Positions 1 to 12,577 of a DNA stretch of 64,000 nucleotides are shown here, one piece after another. The translations under genes and the position numbers were made by a program. The notes under the pieces were generated by a model that was not told the DNA's origin, did no database searches, and saw nothing but the letters and a program-made list of their open reading frames with translations. Positions within the stretch are counted from its first letter, which is position 1; the number at the start of each line of letters is the position of its first letter. The stretch comes from Squalus acanthias (taxonomy: Eukaryota). The stretch spans positions 171,618,001 to 171,682,000 of the forward strand of contig CM059425.1 in assembly GCA_030390025.1 (NCBI GenBank), given 5' to 3'.

Positions 1-252
1 AGAAGAAACTTCTTTACCCAAAGAGTGGTGAGAATGTGGAACTCGCTACCACAGGGAGTGGTTGAAGCGAATAGTATAGATGCATTTAAGGGGAGGCTAG
101 ACAAGCATATGAGGGGAAAAGGGAATAGAGGGTTATGCTGATAGATTTAGATGAGGAAAGACAGGAGGAGGCTCGAGTGGAGCATAAACGCCGACATGGA
201 CTGGTTGGGCCGAATGGCCTGTTTCTGTGCCATATATCCCATGTAATCCTAT
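1..252 (+). mobile_element. CR1 (HER1-type) LINE 3' end, cut by window edge
   Basis: RRNFFTQRVVRMWNSLP-type C-terminus, gggccgaatggcct 3' UTR motif and short tandem tail, matching other CR1 copies in the window. Confidence 0.85.
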
Positions 253-364
253 AGGTTTGTGCCATCAGAATAAGGATGCCGATTTCAGCAGTGTAAACGT
301 AGGGAACCAGCACATGTCCAACACTCTCCCATGATCCAAACTAAAGAGTAACGGCAACTTTAAT

Positions 365-666
365 TTTACGTAGTTCTTTTAATACAGGTGCTTCAGAGAA
401 GACGTAGACGTTGATCAGTAGAAAAGTTAGGGGAGGTAACCAAATGGTTGGTCAAAGAGATGGGTCCTCAGGGGGCTTAGGGAGGGAGTTCCAGCAAGTC
501 AGACAATAGCTGAGGGAGCGGGGATGCAAGTGGGTCAGAGTCAGAGGAACAGAATGTTGGGGCAGGGGACAGAACGTAGGGCTGGAGAAGATTGCAAAGA
601 ATAGGGTGAGGTGAGGTTATGGAGGAATTTAAAGATGAGATGCAAATTTTAAATTTAATGCATTGG
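365..666 (-). mobile_element. Degenerate L2 LINE 3' fragment
   Basis: Reverse complement resembles the L2 3' regions at 9.4-10.2 kb and 17.2-17.6 kb. Confidence 0.5.
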
Positions 667-1419
667 GGGAAGATTGCTGGAAAGCCCGTTGATGCATCTA
701 TCTGGGGTTTCTGCCGATGTTCCAACAAAATTATAGCGGCCAATCAGGAGAACTCAGGTCCTACCCAAGTTCAGCCTCCACCGCACCCCCACCCAAACAA
801 CTTAAATCCTTGCTCCACCCTCCCAGGCCCAGGAATTTCAGGGCCGTTATACCTTGAAGAGAACTTACATAACTACCGTACTTGACAAACTAAATCTGCT
901 CCAAATGTTGGCCTTTTTTGTGGGATGGGGTAGAAGCAATACTGGAGATGTACTCGATAAATGTGCTCAAATATACTTCAAAACAATTGCACTAAACTCT
1001 CCAAGTAGTGGGACAATTGTAACAGAAACATAATGTTTATAGTATTTTTACTTGAATTGTGTGACTCCAGAGTAAATTTAAATATGAGAGCACAAAATGT
1101 CAGCCCATCTGCCGACTGTATCTACTCGCCAATGAGCTGTCAACATCATCATTTTTTACCATTAAACTGTCACTTCAACTGGTGCTCAGCAAAATAAATG
1201 AGGCATGTGTCAGAGGCACATCAGAAGATGGGCTAAACCATGTAGATTAACAGGTTACACTTGTAATAAAATAAAAACCCTAAAAGCAGACCGTTCATAC
1301 TGGAACTGAAGTTGTTTAGTTGAAACTCTGATACTTTTTTGCAGAAAGAAAAATGATTGGCTGAAACTAAAAGAGAAACTGCATCTAAGAGAGAAACACA
1401 AATTAATATCTCAGGAAGA

Positions 1420-1680
1420 ATTCTGTTCAAAATATAAAACTGTTTTCTTTCCTTACAGATGCTGACTGACCTGCTGTACATTTCCAACATTTTCTGTTTG
1501 TATTTCAGATTTGCAACGTCTGCAGTTTTTTTTCCCGTTTAATCCTGAAAAAGGAAGGCAGGTTCATGTTTGAAGTGTGAACCTTCATCTAAAGAGTCCC
1601 ACTTGAAACACTGACGTGTCTCGCTCATTTAGGTGCTGATCGAACTGCTGTGTATTTCCTTTTTTAAAAAAAAACTTCAG
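1420..1680 (+). mobile_element. Two degenerate Penelope pseudo-LTR remnants
   Basis: cagatgctgactgacctgctg..tttcc..cattttctg motif, matching the terminal repeat of the Penelope fragment at 18674-19351. Confidence 0.6.
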
Positions 1681-2569
1681 ATAAACATTATTGTTTGTCA
1701 TCAAAACTACATTCTGGGCTGGCTACATTGCTTGTAACTTAATTATACAAGTGTAAAGTTGCAACAGGTGCTTTAGTGGCACTCTTAACTCTCTGGAAAG
1801 TTCCACTGCAACTATAGGAACTGCTCTTCACAGCAAGAATCTTGGTTATTCAAAGGCATGCAGTAGCTGAGGCAGTAAATGTGTTGATGATTTAATGGGC
1901 TATGGCATGATGTGGGAGAGAGCACAGCCAGTCCTGCTCTTGTAACACAATTACTCTTTTCTTTCTGTAAATGTTATTCTGGGTTGGTGTCTCATTTTCA
2001 CCCAAAATTTATTTTCTGGTATTCTGTTGGGAGTCTCCTTTTTGTTTCCATCTGGTTTCTGTACAATCTTGTTTTTTTCTATGTCTTCATTTTGACTCCT
2101 TTTTTTCTTTTATAATTTCACAGTTTCCCTCATTAACTTCTCCTGTTTTGACATATATGTTCACTCTTTTTCTTTAGTTACTCTTAATACCCACTTGTAA
2201 TCTCTTAAGAATTTTTAAATCACCTTTACAATATCCCAGCTCAACTTTCTGATTCTCTCAATCGCATTTCTCTGTAAACTTGGCGATCCTATGAGTGTTT
2301 TCATTTTTCTGAACAATGTTGAAGGTAGAAGTGGAGCTCCATCTCAATTCAAACTATAATATTTCTTGATTATAACTTCACCTATGAATTTGCATCTGGG
2401 CCAACCAGTTTTAAAATGGAACTCTGTTGCTATACTTTGAAAGCAGCTCTTCTGTCTTAGGGCAGGGTTTAAGAAATACACAGTACTGTTTGGAGTTAGC
2501 GATTAGTTTCAATGAAAGGTGGCTCATGTCTGTTTAAGTTACTGCCTATTCACAAAACCTGATCATATA

Positions 2570-3470
2570 AAAAAAAATAGCAGTTGCTGGAAATCTGAAA
2601 TAAAAACAGAAAATGATGGAAATACTCAGCAGGTCAGGCAGCATCTGTGGAGAAAGAAAAAAAGTTAATGGCCCTGAAATTGTGGTCTCCCTGATGAGTA
2701 CACCGTCGTAATCCATTTGAAAGGCCCCGCAACTTCCGGGTTTCCGAATGTGCTTGCGCATGCACGAAATCCGGAACTTGCGATCTGTCAAGGTACGCCT
2801 TCACAGATCATCTGAACTGCACGGAAAATGAGTATTGCTGGCGCAGTATTTGCCCAACAACTGCCAGCAATTGTCCACAAAACTCTTATGGCTGGTAAAA
2901 GCAGGCGTAGGGCATGCTTTCATCAGCGTAAGGGTATATATAAGCCTTAAATTAAACAATTAAAAATCAAAAAAATGATGCACATACACTTTAAATTAGT
3001 TTATGCAAATATTGGCCCGGATTACGATGTTTAAAATTATTTATCAAAAAATCTAATTTTTATTGAGGTTGGTGCAATGAAGGGACTTATGAATAAAATT
3101 GAAACTCAGTACATGTATATTTAGTAGAATTCTGTACATTGTATAATTATTTGGGGATTCCATTGCATATAATTAGGGGATTTCCTTCGTAAATTATTGT
3201 AATAGAACCCTCCTTTGTCATTGGAGGACCGGGCCCATGTGATCCCAGAGACGCTTCTGAACCGCCTGTGTCCTTGGAATCCGTGGGACTTTACACTGCC
3301 GTACGCCTGGAGGCTCGAGACTGGAAGTCTACGCAGCCTGGGTGCCTGGAGGTAGGTTCAGAAAGGTTTCGCGGGTCGGAGGCATACTCCAGAGGTACTC
3401 TTCCGATCGTAATTTTTCAGGTATAACCCTTGTCAGAACAGCCAAGTTTGTCTGACTACTACTACAGGTT
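2570..3470 (-). mobile_element. Penelope pseudo-LTR remnant split by a MITE (2670-3421)
   Basis: gctggaaatctgaaataaaaacagaaaatgatggaaatactcagcaggtcaggcagcatctgtggag...gttaat, resuming after the MITE as ataacccttgtcagaac. Confidence 0.65.
2670..3421. mobile_element. Non-autonomous DNA transposon, family A (PIF/Harbinger-group-like MITE)
   Basis: ggccctgaaattg...aatttttcaggg termini, GC-rich ends and AT-rich core. Homologous to 23614-24261, 32880-34360 and 36281-37015. Confidence 0.7.
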
Positions 3471-3484
3471 TGTGGAAAGATAAT

Positions 3485-5202
3485 GGCCCATAATCTGCAG
3501 TCAGCGGCGAAGCAACGGCGATCGCCGCTGACCTTGAAGAAAATTGCCCACAGACTGTGGCAAGAACTTTAACTTCCTCGGCGTGAAATTGATTGTAGCG
3601 CTGTGTAATGGGACTCCCCATTGCAGAGCTGCAGTGATGTCATCAAGCTGTCTAAGCAGCCAATCACATTGAAGAATTCTCACAGAAATAACCAAGAAAT
3701 GAAAAGCACTGATTATCTGCACTTTTAAAAAATGTTACAGAGTGAAATAAAGATTGGGACATACACATGGGGTTAACTTTCATTAAATATCATTAACTTT
3801 TTGAAAATCTAGTAATTTTTAACATAATTGAGAAATTTGACATTCCACAACTATGCAATTAGTCTTTCAGGACCAGAATGGTTGTTTAGCAGTCAATACG
3901 CTGTTAAAACCCCAGTTACACCTATTCCAACAAAACTATTCCAACTCTCTCAGCAGAACCTTATTCCTAGTTCTACCTATGTCGTTGATTTCTACATGGA
4001 CCACGACAATTGGATCTTCCCTCCCACTCCAAATTCTTCTCCAGCCGCGAGGAGATATCCTTAACCCTGGCACCGGGCAGGCAACACAGCCTTCGGAACT
4101 CCCAGTTGCGGCTGCAGAGAACAGGATCTATCACCCTGACTATACTGTCCCCTACCACAACTACATTCCTTTTCACTTCCCCCACTTGAATGGCCTCCTG
4201 TACCACAGTGCCGTGGTCAGTTTGCTCATCCATCCTGCAGACTTTGCCCTCATCCACACAGGCAGCAAGAACCTCATACCTGTTGGATAAGGGCAAAGGC
4301 CGAGGCTCCTCCAGCACTGCATTTGAGGTCCACTTACCTACCTGAGTTGCAGTCATACCCTCCTGTCCCTGACCACTAACCAGACCTGTACCATTACCTA
4401 ACCTAAGGGGTGTGACTGCCTCCTGGATCAAAGTGTCCAGGTAACTCGCCCCCTCCCTGATGCCCCGCAATGTCTGCACCTCGGACTCCAGCTCAACAAC
4501 ACTGAGCTGAAGTTGTTTGAGATGCAGACACTTACTGCAGACGTGGTCGTCCAGGATTGTGATGCTCTCCACATACTCCCACATGCTGCAGTTGCGGCAC
4601 ACCACCTGCACTGCCATCCCTATATAACCTTGTTATTGAATTAATTGAAGTTTATGTATTTAATTAACTTAGCTTATAGTTTAGTTTTTAACTAATTACT
4701 AGGTCTAGTTTAAGTTATAGGTAGATGAAATTAAATATTTACCTGTAACACAAAGCACAAGTATTGCAGGAAAAAAGCAGCACCTCCTTCCCCTCTGCAC
4801 TGAATTCCCACTCTCTCCAAATTCTCAACTTTAACACTCTGTTTAGAAGCACTGCGTTTAAGACCACGCTGTGTAGATAGCATTTAATTTGTTCATGATA
4901 TTTCAGCTTCTACCTTATCCCCACGTGAGAGTCCCATTTCGCTCTCTGTAACATTTATACAAAGTCCGGATGAGAGCAGCTTCTCATTTCCTGTGAGAAT
5001 TCTGCAATGTGATTGGCTGCTTAGACAGCTTGTTGACGTCACAACAGCATCGCAGTAGGGATTCCCACTACAGAGCGCTGAAATCAATTGAACGTCGAAA
5101 AGGCAAAATTCTCGCCCACAGAGATCGCGAGATCTCTGGGCAGCTTTCTTCGGGGCCAGCGGTGAGCGCCTTTGCTCCATCACTGACCGCAAATTACGGC
5201 CC
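3485..5202. mobile_element. MITE with ~230-bp imperfect terminal inverted repeats, interrupted by a CR1 5' fragment
   Basis: 3485-3710 is an imperfect reverse complement of 4975-5202 (shared caagctgtctaagcagccaatcacattg.agaattctcacag). Confidence 0.75.
3960..4830 (-). mobile_element. CR1 5' fragment: 5' UTR plus N-terminal ORF1p (zinc finger, coiled coil, start of SGNH esterase)
   Basis: ORF 3973-4617: CxxC...CxxC, LQLSVVELESEVQTL heptads, LSNRYEVL, VVVVGDSIVR, CCLPGARV; typical CR1 ORF1 motifs. Confidence 0.85.
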
Positions 5203-6237
5203 ATTATGTTTAGGACCCAAGTTAGTATTATGTATACGCAGATGTTCACGATTACTAGCTAAATCCACCAGGCTAAGTGACAAACAAAAAACTGATACTT
5301 TGAAATTACACCTTGCAATATTAACAGCAAACACATTAATGCATTGATATCAAATATTCTTGTCTACTATTTTAACAAAAACGGTAATCCTTTGTTGTAA
5401 TAGTGGACTCAGGAAATTCACACGAACAGTGCCTTCTTCACTAGTTATCACACAACATCTGGTACCATCTCTGTGGCTTTTGATAATACCCACTACATGG
5501 ATGCTTTTCTTTAAGTCACTTTTATACAAATGCAAGATGCAAGGGGAAATCTACAACAGAGCCACACTCCCCTCTTCAGTGTACCACTACACCTCCACTC
5601 CAAATTGGAGGTCCAATAGAAGAGGCCTATATTTTGCACCATCTCTGGCATCTGCTCTCAGGATTCACTAAAAGTTGCATCCCAAACACCAGAGACACAG
5701 CATCTGCCTCCCTTATAATATAGTGTGCTGTCTGTGGTGGGAGTATGACACACCCGGCACGGATAATATACCAGCGATATAAAGGTGTCTTTTAACCATC
5801 ATAAGCCAACATTTGTACATTTCCAGTTGAAAGGAGAAGTTACTGTTGTAACTCTGAAAATATATTTCAAAAACTAAATCTCCAGTAAAATATTATATTT
5901 CAAAAACTAAATCTCCAGTAATTGTATTAATAAATGGTAGCTATTACTGATAGCATATACAATATAATCTCAGTTTGAGAAGCTGGGAAGTTTGCAACTT
6001 AGTTACCTAAACTAGATCTGGAGCATATAATAAACCACCAATGTAAAATAAAAATAGAAAATGTTGTTAAGGCACATCAGGTCTGCCAGCATCTCAAAGA
6101 CAGGTGAAAGTTTCAGAAACTAACCCCACTTGGCACAGATACCACCGATGGGAGGTCTCTGTAGGGGCCACGTCTCCAAACTCTTTAACCAAAACTGAGA
6201 TTCCAATTTACTGTGAAATGGCCTCAGACCAACACCA

Positions 6238-6365
6238 TTTAAGAACATAAGAAATAGGAGCAGGAGTAGGCCATTCGGCCCCATTCAATAAGGTCATGGC
6301 TGATCTTCTACTTCAACTCCACTTTCCTGCACTATCCCCATATCCCTTGATTCCCTTCATATCAA
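6238..6365 (-). mobile_element. Short CR1 3' end
   Basis: aagaacataagaaataggagcaggagtaggccattcggccc tail and stem-loop region. Confidence 0.75.
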
Positions 6366-7451
6366 AAGGAATGGCGAAAGGATTCTGCCGATGCAAAATA
6401 CTTGGTAAGCTGCACGAGTTATCAAACAGCTTTTTAACAGCAGTCACAGTTCTACCTGAATAAAAATATACATGTCACAACTGGAACTATTGCATAAAAC
6501 ATGGAGATCTCATACTGTTCTGCTTTAGTGATAATCTGATATGATGATTCATTTCATTTTCATCATCGTTAGTGCCTGGCTGCTTTCACTTTTTGTAATA
6601 AGCATATACTTTTTAACAAACAAATCACCGTCAATTTTATTGGTAGTTAATCTCCCTGAGGGCTTTGCTATAATTACAAAGCCACAATGTGAAACAGAAT
6701 TCATGAAGCCAATTGCAACCAAGCCTGTCTTAAAGTATACATTTTAAGGAAGATTTTAATTACAAAGCTAAAGCCTTTTCACAAATCCCAGGCTTTTAAA
6801 CAATAAGCGTTATATATGCTGAATGCAAAAATGATTCTAGGTACATACATAAATGTTGCTTTGGTGATATACTGACCCATAACACCCAATAAATTTGTTA
6901 TTACAAACAGTACATTCTCACTTGATTAAATTATAAAATGAATATTGTACATTATTATGCTTATTTGTTTTTCTCATACAGTGATAGAGAACTAGGAACA
7001 AATTAAATGTTAATTAGTGACACCCGAGTACGATTCCAACTGGAAACTTGAGGAGAAAGAGAGCAATTTAATTTCATTCAGTTTCTGTGGTGTGTGCAAC
7101 GTGAAAGGCCTTGCAGCACACATGGCCTTATAAGTTCATACCATATCTTACAAACTGTGGTGACAATGTGTCATTATCTCAGGTCACCAGTGGGCAGGAT
7201 AGCCTCCAACATTTTAAATTATAGGGCTGATTCGGGCAATTGCGCACTTGCAGAGGGACTCGGCTCAGGAAATCAAGGGCTCGCAGTCTGTGATTTTCTA
7301 TCCATTCATTTTAATGGACAGAAAATGACAGGTTACAGGCCTGTGATTACTGACCTGCACTCCCTGCTGGAAGCACTCGGGCAGAATCAGCTTCTATATA
7401 TTTTAATTTGATGCTAATTGGCTTAATTTGGCAATTAAATATAGGTTATAG

Positions 7452-7775
7452 TACAGGTTATGGTACTGGACTAGCAACCCAGACATTGTGAGTTCACATC
7501 CCAAATGGCAAATTGTGAAAATAAATTAAATAAATCTGGTAATTTGTGAGCTGAGACCTTCAGAGAATGGAACCCTACCTGCCACCCTACCGAGTCGGGC
7601 CTACACATGACTAGTCCCCATTACATGGGTTCACTCTTAATGTCCTCTGAAATGGCCTAGCAAGCCACTCAATTGTACAATCATGATTCAAGAAAGCCTG
7701 CTACCTTCTCAGGACAACGAGCAATAAATATGGTCTTGCCAGTGTCACCCACATTCCAAGAGCAAATTTTAAAAA
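7452..7775 (+). mobile_element. Degenerate bipartite tRNA-headed SINE (family of 9751-10120)
   Basis: ggttatggtactggactagcaacccagac..gagttcacatccc head; ctctgaaatggcctagcaagccactca middle; caataaatatggtcttgccag tail. Confidence 0.7.
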
Positions 7776-8944
7776 TCCCATCTCCAGCTGCCCTGTACAG
7801 GATGGCTTAAACTGGAAAATAGAAATATTTCACGCTGATGCAGCAAGGGGCTGATCTTCTGAAGTTGCCTGAGACACATTGTTGGGTTAAAGGTATTTGA
7901 TTGTACTGCACCTGAACTTGGATTTCTTGATGCTGAAATGGAAAGTGTTCTATTTCTCAGCACCAACATTCCTTATACGACAAGCTCAAACTTCAGCAAA
8001 AAAATTTTTAACACAAAAGTTATACTTTTATTCTGATTTTTATATGACTTACTGTTATACAAATGGTCGGCATACATAGAGTTCACTTAGGAGCACTAGG
8101 ATACTGGAAAATTAAAATTCTGATATCAGAAGCTCTAACCTTGATATTCCTCAATGTATTATTTTCCTCTATCCTGCCACCCCCATTCCCATCAGTTATT
8201 TGGTACTGTTCCCTTCCAGATGCTACTGTGATTAAATAACAGTTGCTTACACCACATCCACAGCAGGGAGAGAAGAGTTCAGATCACAACACATGTATCA
8301 TATCATGCATATCACAATCTGAAAGTACAAAATTATGAAGTAAATTTCCCATTCAAAAAGAATACAAGAACACAGACTAGTAAACTAACAAATACTGGTT
8401 CCACATCGCCTAATACAGTATTTATCAGTTGTTATCTAGACAGCTTCTTCCACCACCGGCTGCCTTATAAATGATGATGTAAACACCCTGGACTCTCCTT
8501 TTAGCAGATTCCAGCAAATATGTGATTATACAGCTTTGGGTGAAACAGATCCATCTGGGAAGCTTTATAAATATGCCATAAAGATTTTACATTAGGGAGA
8601 GGAGTTTGAAACCCAAAGGCAAGTAGGATAGTAGAACATAGCCAAAATAATGAAAAAACATTTTTTACATACATTAGGAGTCGGTGGTCAGTTAGAGAAT
8701 AAATAGGACAATGACAGGATGATTCAGGCAGAATAACAAAAGATGTTAAAGGTCAAGGTAGAAGATTCAAACAGATACTACCACTGCTCAGCAACATTCT
8801 GTGCGACTGTGGCCATTGTGCATTATTCCTCATCACCTCTGTGGCTTTTGATAATTTTACCATCATCCTCCACTTTTGCATATTACACTGCACTCACACT
8901 ATCTATTCCAATGCAGTCAATTTCCTGCCATATTTTCTCCGCCA

Positions 8945-10240
8945 TACCCTCCAGCATGTTACAAGGTTCCATCCTTGGCCCCCTCCGCTTCCTCATCTAT
9001 CTCTTATTCCTTGCCAACATTATCTGTAAGCATGGTGTTAGTTTTCATAGGGATGCGCAAGAACTGCAGCGGCCAAGACCAAAATTAATCTGTTAAGTTC
9101 TTGCCAGAAACTTCACAACTTAGCCCCAAATCCCTTTCCCTTTTCTGGACGTATACAAAGTTCAACCTGATGATATGCAATCTCGAGGTCTTATTCATCC
9201 TTCAACCAATCTTCAAAGCCCACATCCAGTCCATCACTAGGACCTCTGAAATATTGCCTGTCTCCATCCCTACCTCAACCCCGGTTGTCACGGTAGCCTT
9301 ATTCACGCCTTCTTCACCTTCAGGCTCAATCTTTCCAACACTCTCTTCACCAGTCTCCCAAGTCCACCTTACATAAACTCCAACTCATGCAGCACTCTGC
9401 TGCCTGCATTCTTTCGCACACAAACTCCCACTCACCCATGCCACCACTCGTTATTGACAGCCTCCTCTTGCTCTTTTCCCTGTCCCTCAAACCATTGACT
9501 TCAAAATCTTTGTCCTTGTCTACAATTCTTGCATGGCCTCATTCCACCCTACATGTGTAACCTCTTCCAGCCCATCATCCCTGCTCACACTCTGTGCTCT
9601 TTCAATTGTGATCTATTGTGTGCTTCCTCCTCCATCCCACTCTGTACTATCAATAATCTTCAGCTATCTTGCCTCCACTTTCAAACTCTTTCCCTAAACC
9701 CCTCTAGCTTTGCTACATCTCTCCTCATCTGAAAACACTTCCTTAAGTATGGTAGCATGGTTATGTTACTGGACCAGTAATCCAGAGGCCTGGACTAATG
9801 ATCCGGAGACATGAGTTCAAATCCCACCACGGCAGCTGGGGAATTTAAATTCAATTAAATAATCTGGAATGTCAGTAATAGTGACCATTGTCGTAAAAAT
9901 CCATCTGGTTCACTAATGTCCTTCAGGGAAGGAAATCTGCCGTCCTTACCTGGTCTGGCTGACATGTGACTCCAAACCCACAGCAATGTGGTTGACTATT
10001 AACTGCCCTCTGAAATGGCCGAGCAAGCCACTCAGTTGTGTTCAAGAAGGCGGCTTTTCAAGGGCAATAAATGCTGGCCTTGCCAGCGATGTCCGCATCC
10101 CGTGAATGAATTAAAAAAAAACTATCTCTTTCACTGTACCTTTGGCCACCTGCTCTAATTTCCTTCCGACTCAAGTCTGACCCCCCAACTGTGAAGTGCC
10201 TTGGGGCATTTTACTACATTAAAGGCGCTACATAAATCTA
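8945..10240 (+). mobile_element. Degenerate L2 LINE 3' portion, interrupted by a SINE at 9751-10120
   Basis: QGSILGPLRFLIY RT remnant; L2-type end ctgtgaagtgccttggggcattttactacattaaaggcgctacataaat. Confidence 0.7.
9751..10120 (+). mobile_element. Bipartite tRNA-headed SINE: 5' head plus 3' tail of the LINE at 48131-50724
   Basis: B-box-like gagttcaaatccc. 9751-10039 aligns to the reverse complement of ~50400-50717. 10040-10120 aligns to that LINE's 3' end and finishes in an A-run. Confidence 0.85.
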
Positions 10241-10834
10241 GTGAATGGATGAAGACAAATTACATCATATACAATGTGGATTATTTATAGTCCATTTTTA
10301 CATCCAGCCCAATCTGAATGCATTCAATTCGGATGAGAATGCCACAAACGGAATACAATCAGGATTGACACCAATGTGTGCTCCGGGAGGTATTAAATGG
10401 CAAATCCAATGCGAGAGTCTTGTCAGATTAAATCAGATTTGCAGTATGCTATCTATACCTGCCTGATGCAAGTGTCTGATTGATCAATCCAAACCCGTTA
10501 TAAGAGCAAGAAGGTAAAGCATATAATCTGAAACACAGTTCCTAAAGCACGGCAAGTGCAAATTCATAGTGCATACAATGGTGTATCTGTCGAACAAAAA
10601 GATCTGCTGTAGATATCAGGGACACACTTTAGCAGGGTGTACTGCTTCATACTTTAAATAGTATGGCAGCAATACTTAATACTTTATCAGAGGCGCACTA
10701 TTTAATACTTTAGTCAGTAAGGGAGAACAAGTTCATATTTTGCAAATTGGGGGATTGCTTTTTGATAGGAAAATACAATGCTTCACTTAATTAGTATAAA
10801 TTCAATTTTGGCTAGGGGAATACTTTTCATACTT

Positions 10835-12577
10835 CAGTTAGCAGGAGTAAGAACCCGGAAAGCAGCCGGTGTCCTCGCCGACTGCCGTTAACCCACGCCC
10901 GAAATGGCTGCCGCGCTAAATGAGGTAAATTGGTGTGGGGGGGGGGGGGGGGGGGCATGGTGGTTGGTGGCGCAGCGCTAACCTTAAGTGCAACACTGTC
11001 CTGGTGGCGTTGCACAAAGGATCTGGGACCAATTTGTAGTCCTGGTGCAGCGTTGCTGCTTCCTCTAGTGTCTGTGGTGCGAGGCTGTGAAGCTCGCATT
11101 GCAGTGTGGGCAGTGAGGATCTCTGAAATTTGAGGGCCCTGCACATTGAAGCAAGGGACAATAACATGCACTGATTCAATACACTTTTCAGCCCGTTCTG
11201 TCTTTCAACAAATAATCAATATTTAAAAGAAGTTCCAAATGTCAATTACCTTTCTAAACTCAACAAATGGGAAAACTGCCACAGTACTAACACAAATGGC
11301 TCAGCAAGCCAGGGAAGGGGCACCCAGGGTCTCACACGGGGGTCAACACTGCAAGACTGGCCCTCTACCCACAGGGGCCAGGAGGCCTTCCAGAAAGAAC
11401 GATGTGGGACCACATTACCAAGGCTGTCACTGCCAGCAGTGTTGCCCCACCACCTGGCTCCAGTGCCCAAAGAAGCTTCATGACCTCAGACCACTGGTCA
11501 AGGTCAGTGAATGCATCTCCAAAAGACGTCACCTACCAACTGCACCACTAGCCTCACACACTGCTCAATGCAGGAACCCCAATCACTCAGCTACCAACAA
11601 TCTGCACCAATGACGAGGCACATCTACCATTCCTAGCATCACCTCACCCCGTTGGAGGAGACGGTGCAGGCCATTCTTGGCAAGGACATGGCTGAACCCT
11701 TGGCCAGCGGCGGGGCTGAAAGGATACAAGATGCGGGTATCCTTGTACGTTATCTTCCTTCTGGTATGCACCTCTAGGCTTCCCACCCTCCCATCAGCAC
11801 AACTCCATCCTTGTGCCTTCCTCAATTCACACAACCAAGAAATGCACCCTGCCCAGCCAGTGGGACTGCAGGCAGATGATTCCATCCCGGATATGCCGGC
11901 CACAAAGGGACTGTCTGAGATGCATTCTTTCGTCTGATTGCTCCTCGTCGGCTTCCTCTTCTTCTGCATCTTCCTTTTCACTCTGCAAGCAGACGCTGTA
12001 AATGGGAAATGACAGCATAAAATGCTGCAAATACTGGTCAGGCAGCATGTCGACCTGATACGTGAACTCCACGGATGTTGCGTGACCTGCTGAGTACTCA
12101 CAGCATGTTCTGTCTTGTCAAAGGTGTTCACTTACCATCCGAGCCCTTGCAAGCGTCCAGCAGCACTCCCAAAAAAAACCTTTCACATCTATTGCAGTAA
12201 GCCACCACTTTAATAAAATAAAAAAAAAACCAGTCCAAACCCTTCCATTCAAACTTACCTGATTGATGTGTGTGTCCCTTTAATAGCTGCAGCTATCGCC
12301 CGTCAGTGTCCGTCAGCATGCTTACACACCAGGTTAACCTGATGTGCTTAGGACCCAGCACTGACGTCAAAGTTCGCGTTGGTGACGTTAAGTCGGCGAC
12401 GTCACCACGCCACCATTTTTTTTTCAGGGCTCTGCCGGTTTCCGGCAGCGCAAAGGGGGCGACCAATATGGCGGCGGCCACCAGGACCACCTCCAGCTGG
12501 CGCAAGAGCAGCGGCCGCCATTTTTTCACACATTGCTGGCGCTACCAGGTGGCAGTAAGGACATAAATTTTTCGCCC
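10835..12577. mobile_element. Degenerate PIF/Harbinger-type transposon relic
   Basis: Plus strand MAQQAREGAPRVS...TTWLQCPKKLHDL resembles the Myb/SANT protein. Minus strand acidic EEEEADEE...GRHIRDGII resembles a Harbinger transposase C-terminus. GC-rich subtermini, right end aatttttcgccc|tta; left end unclear. Confidence 0.55.
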
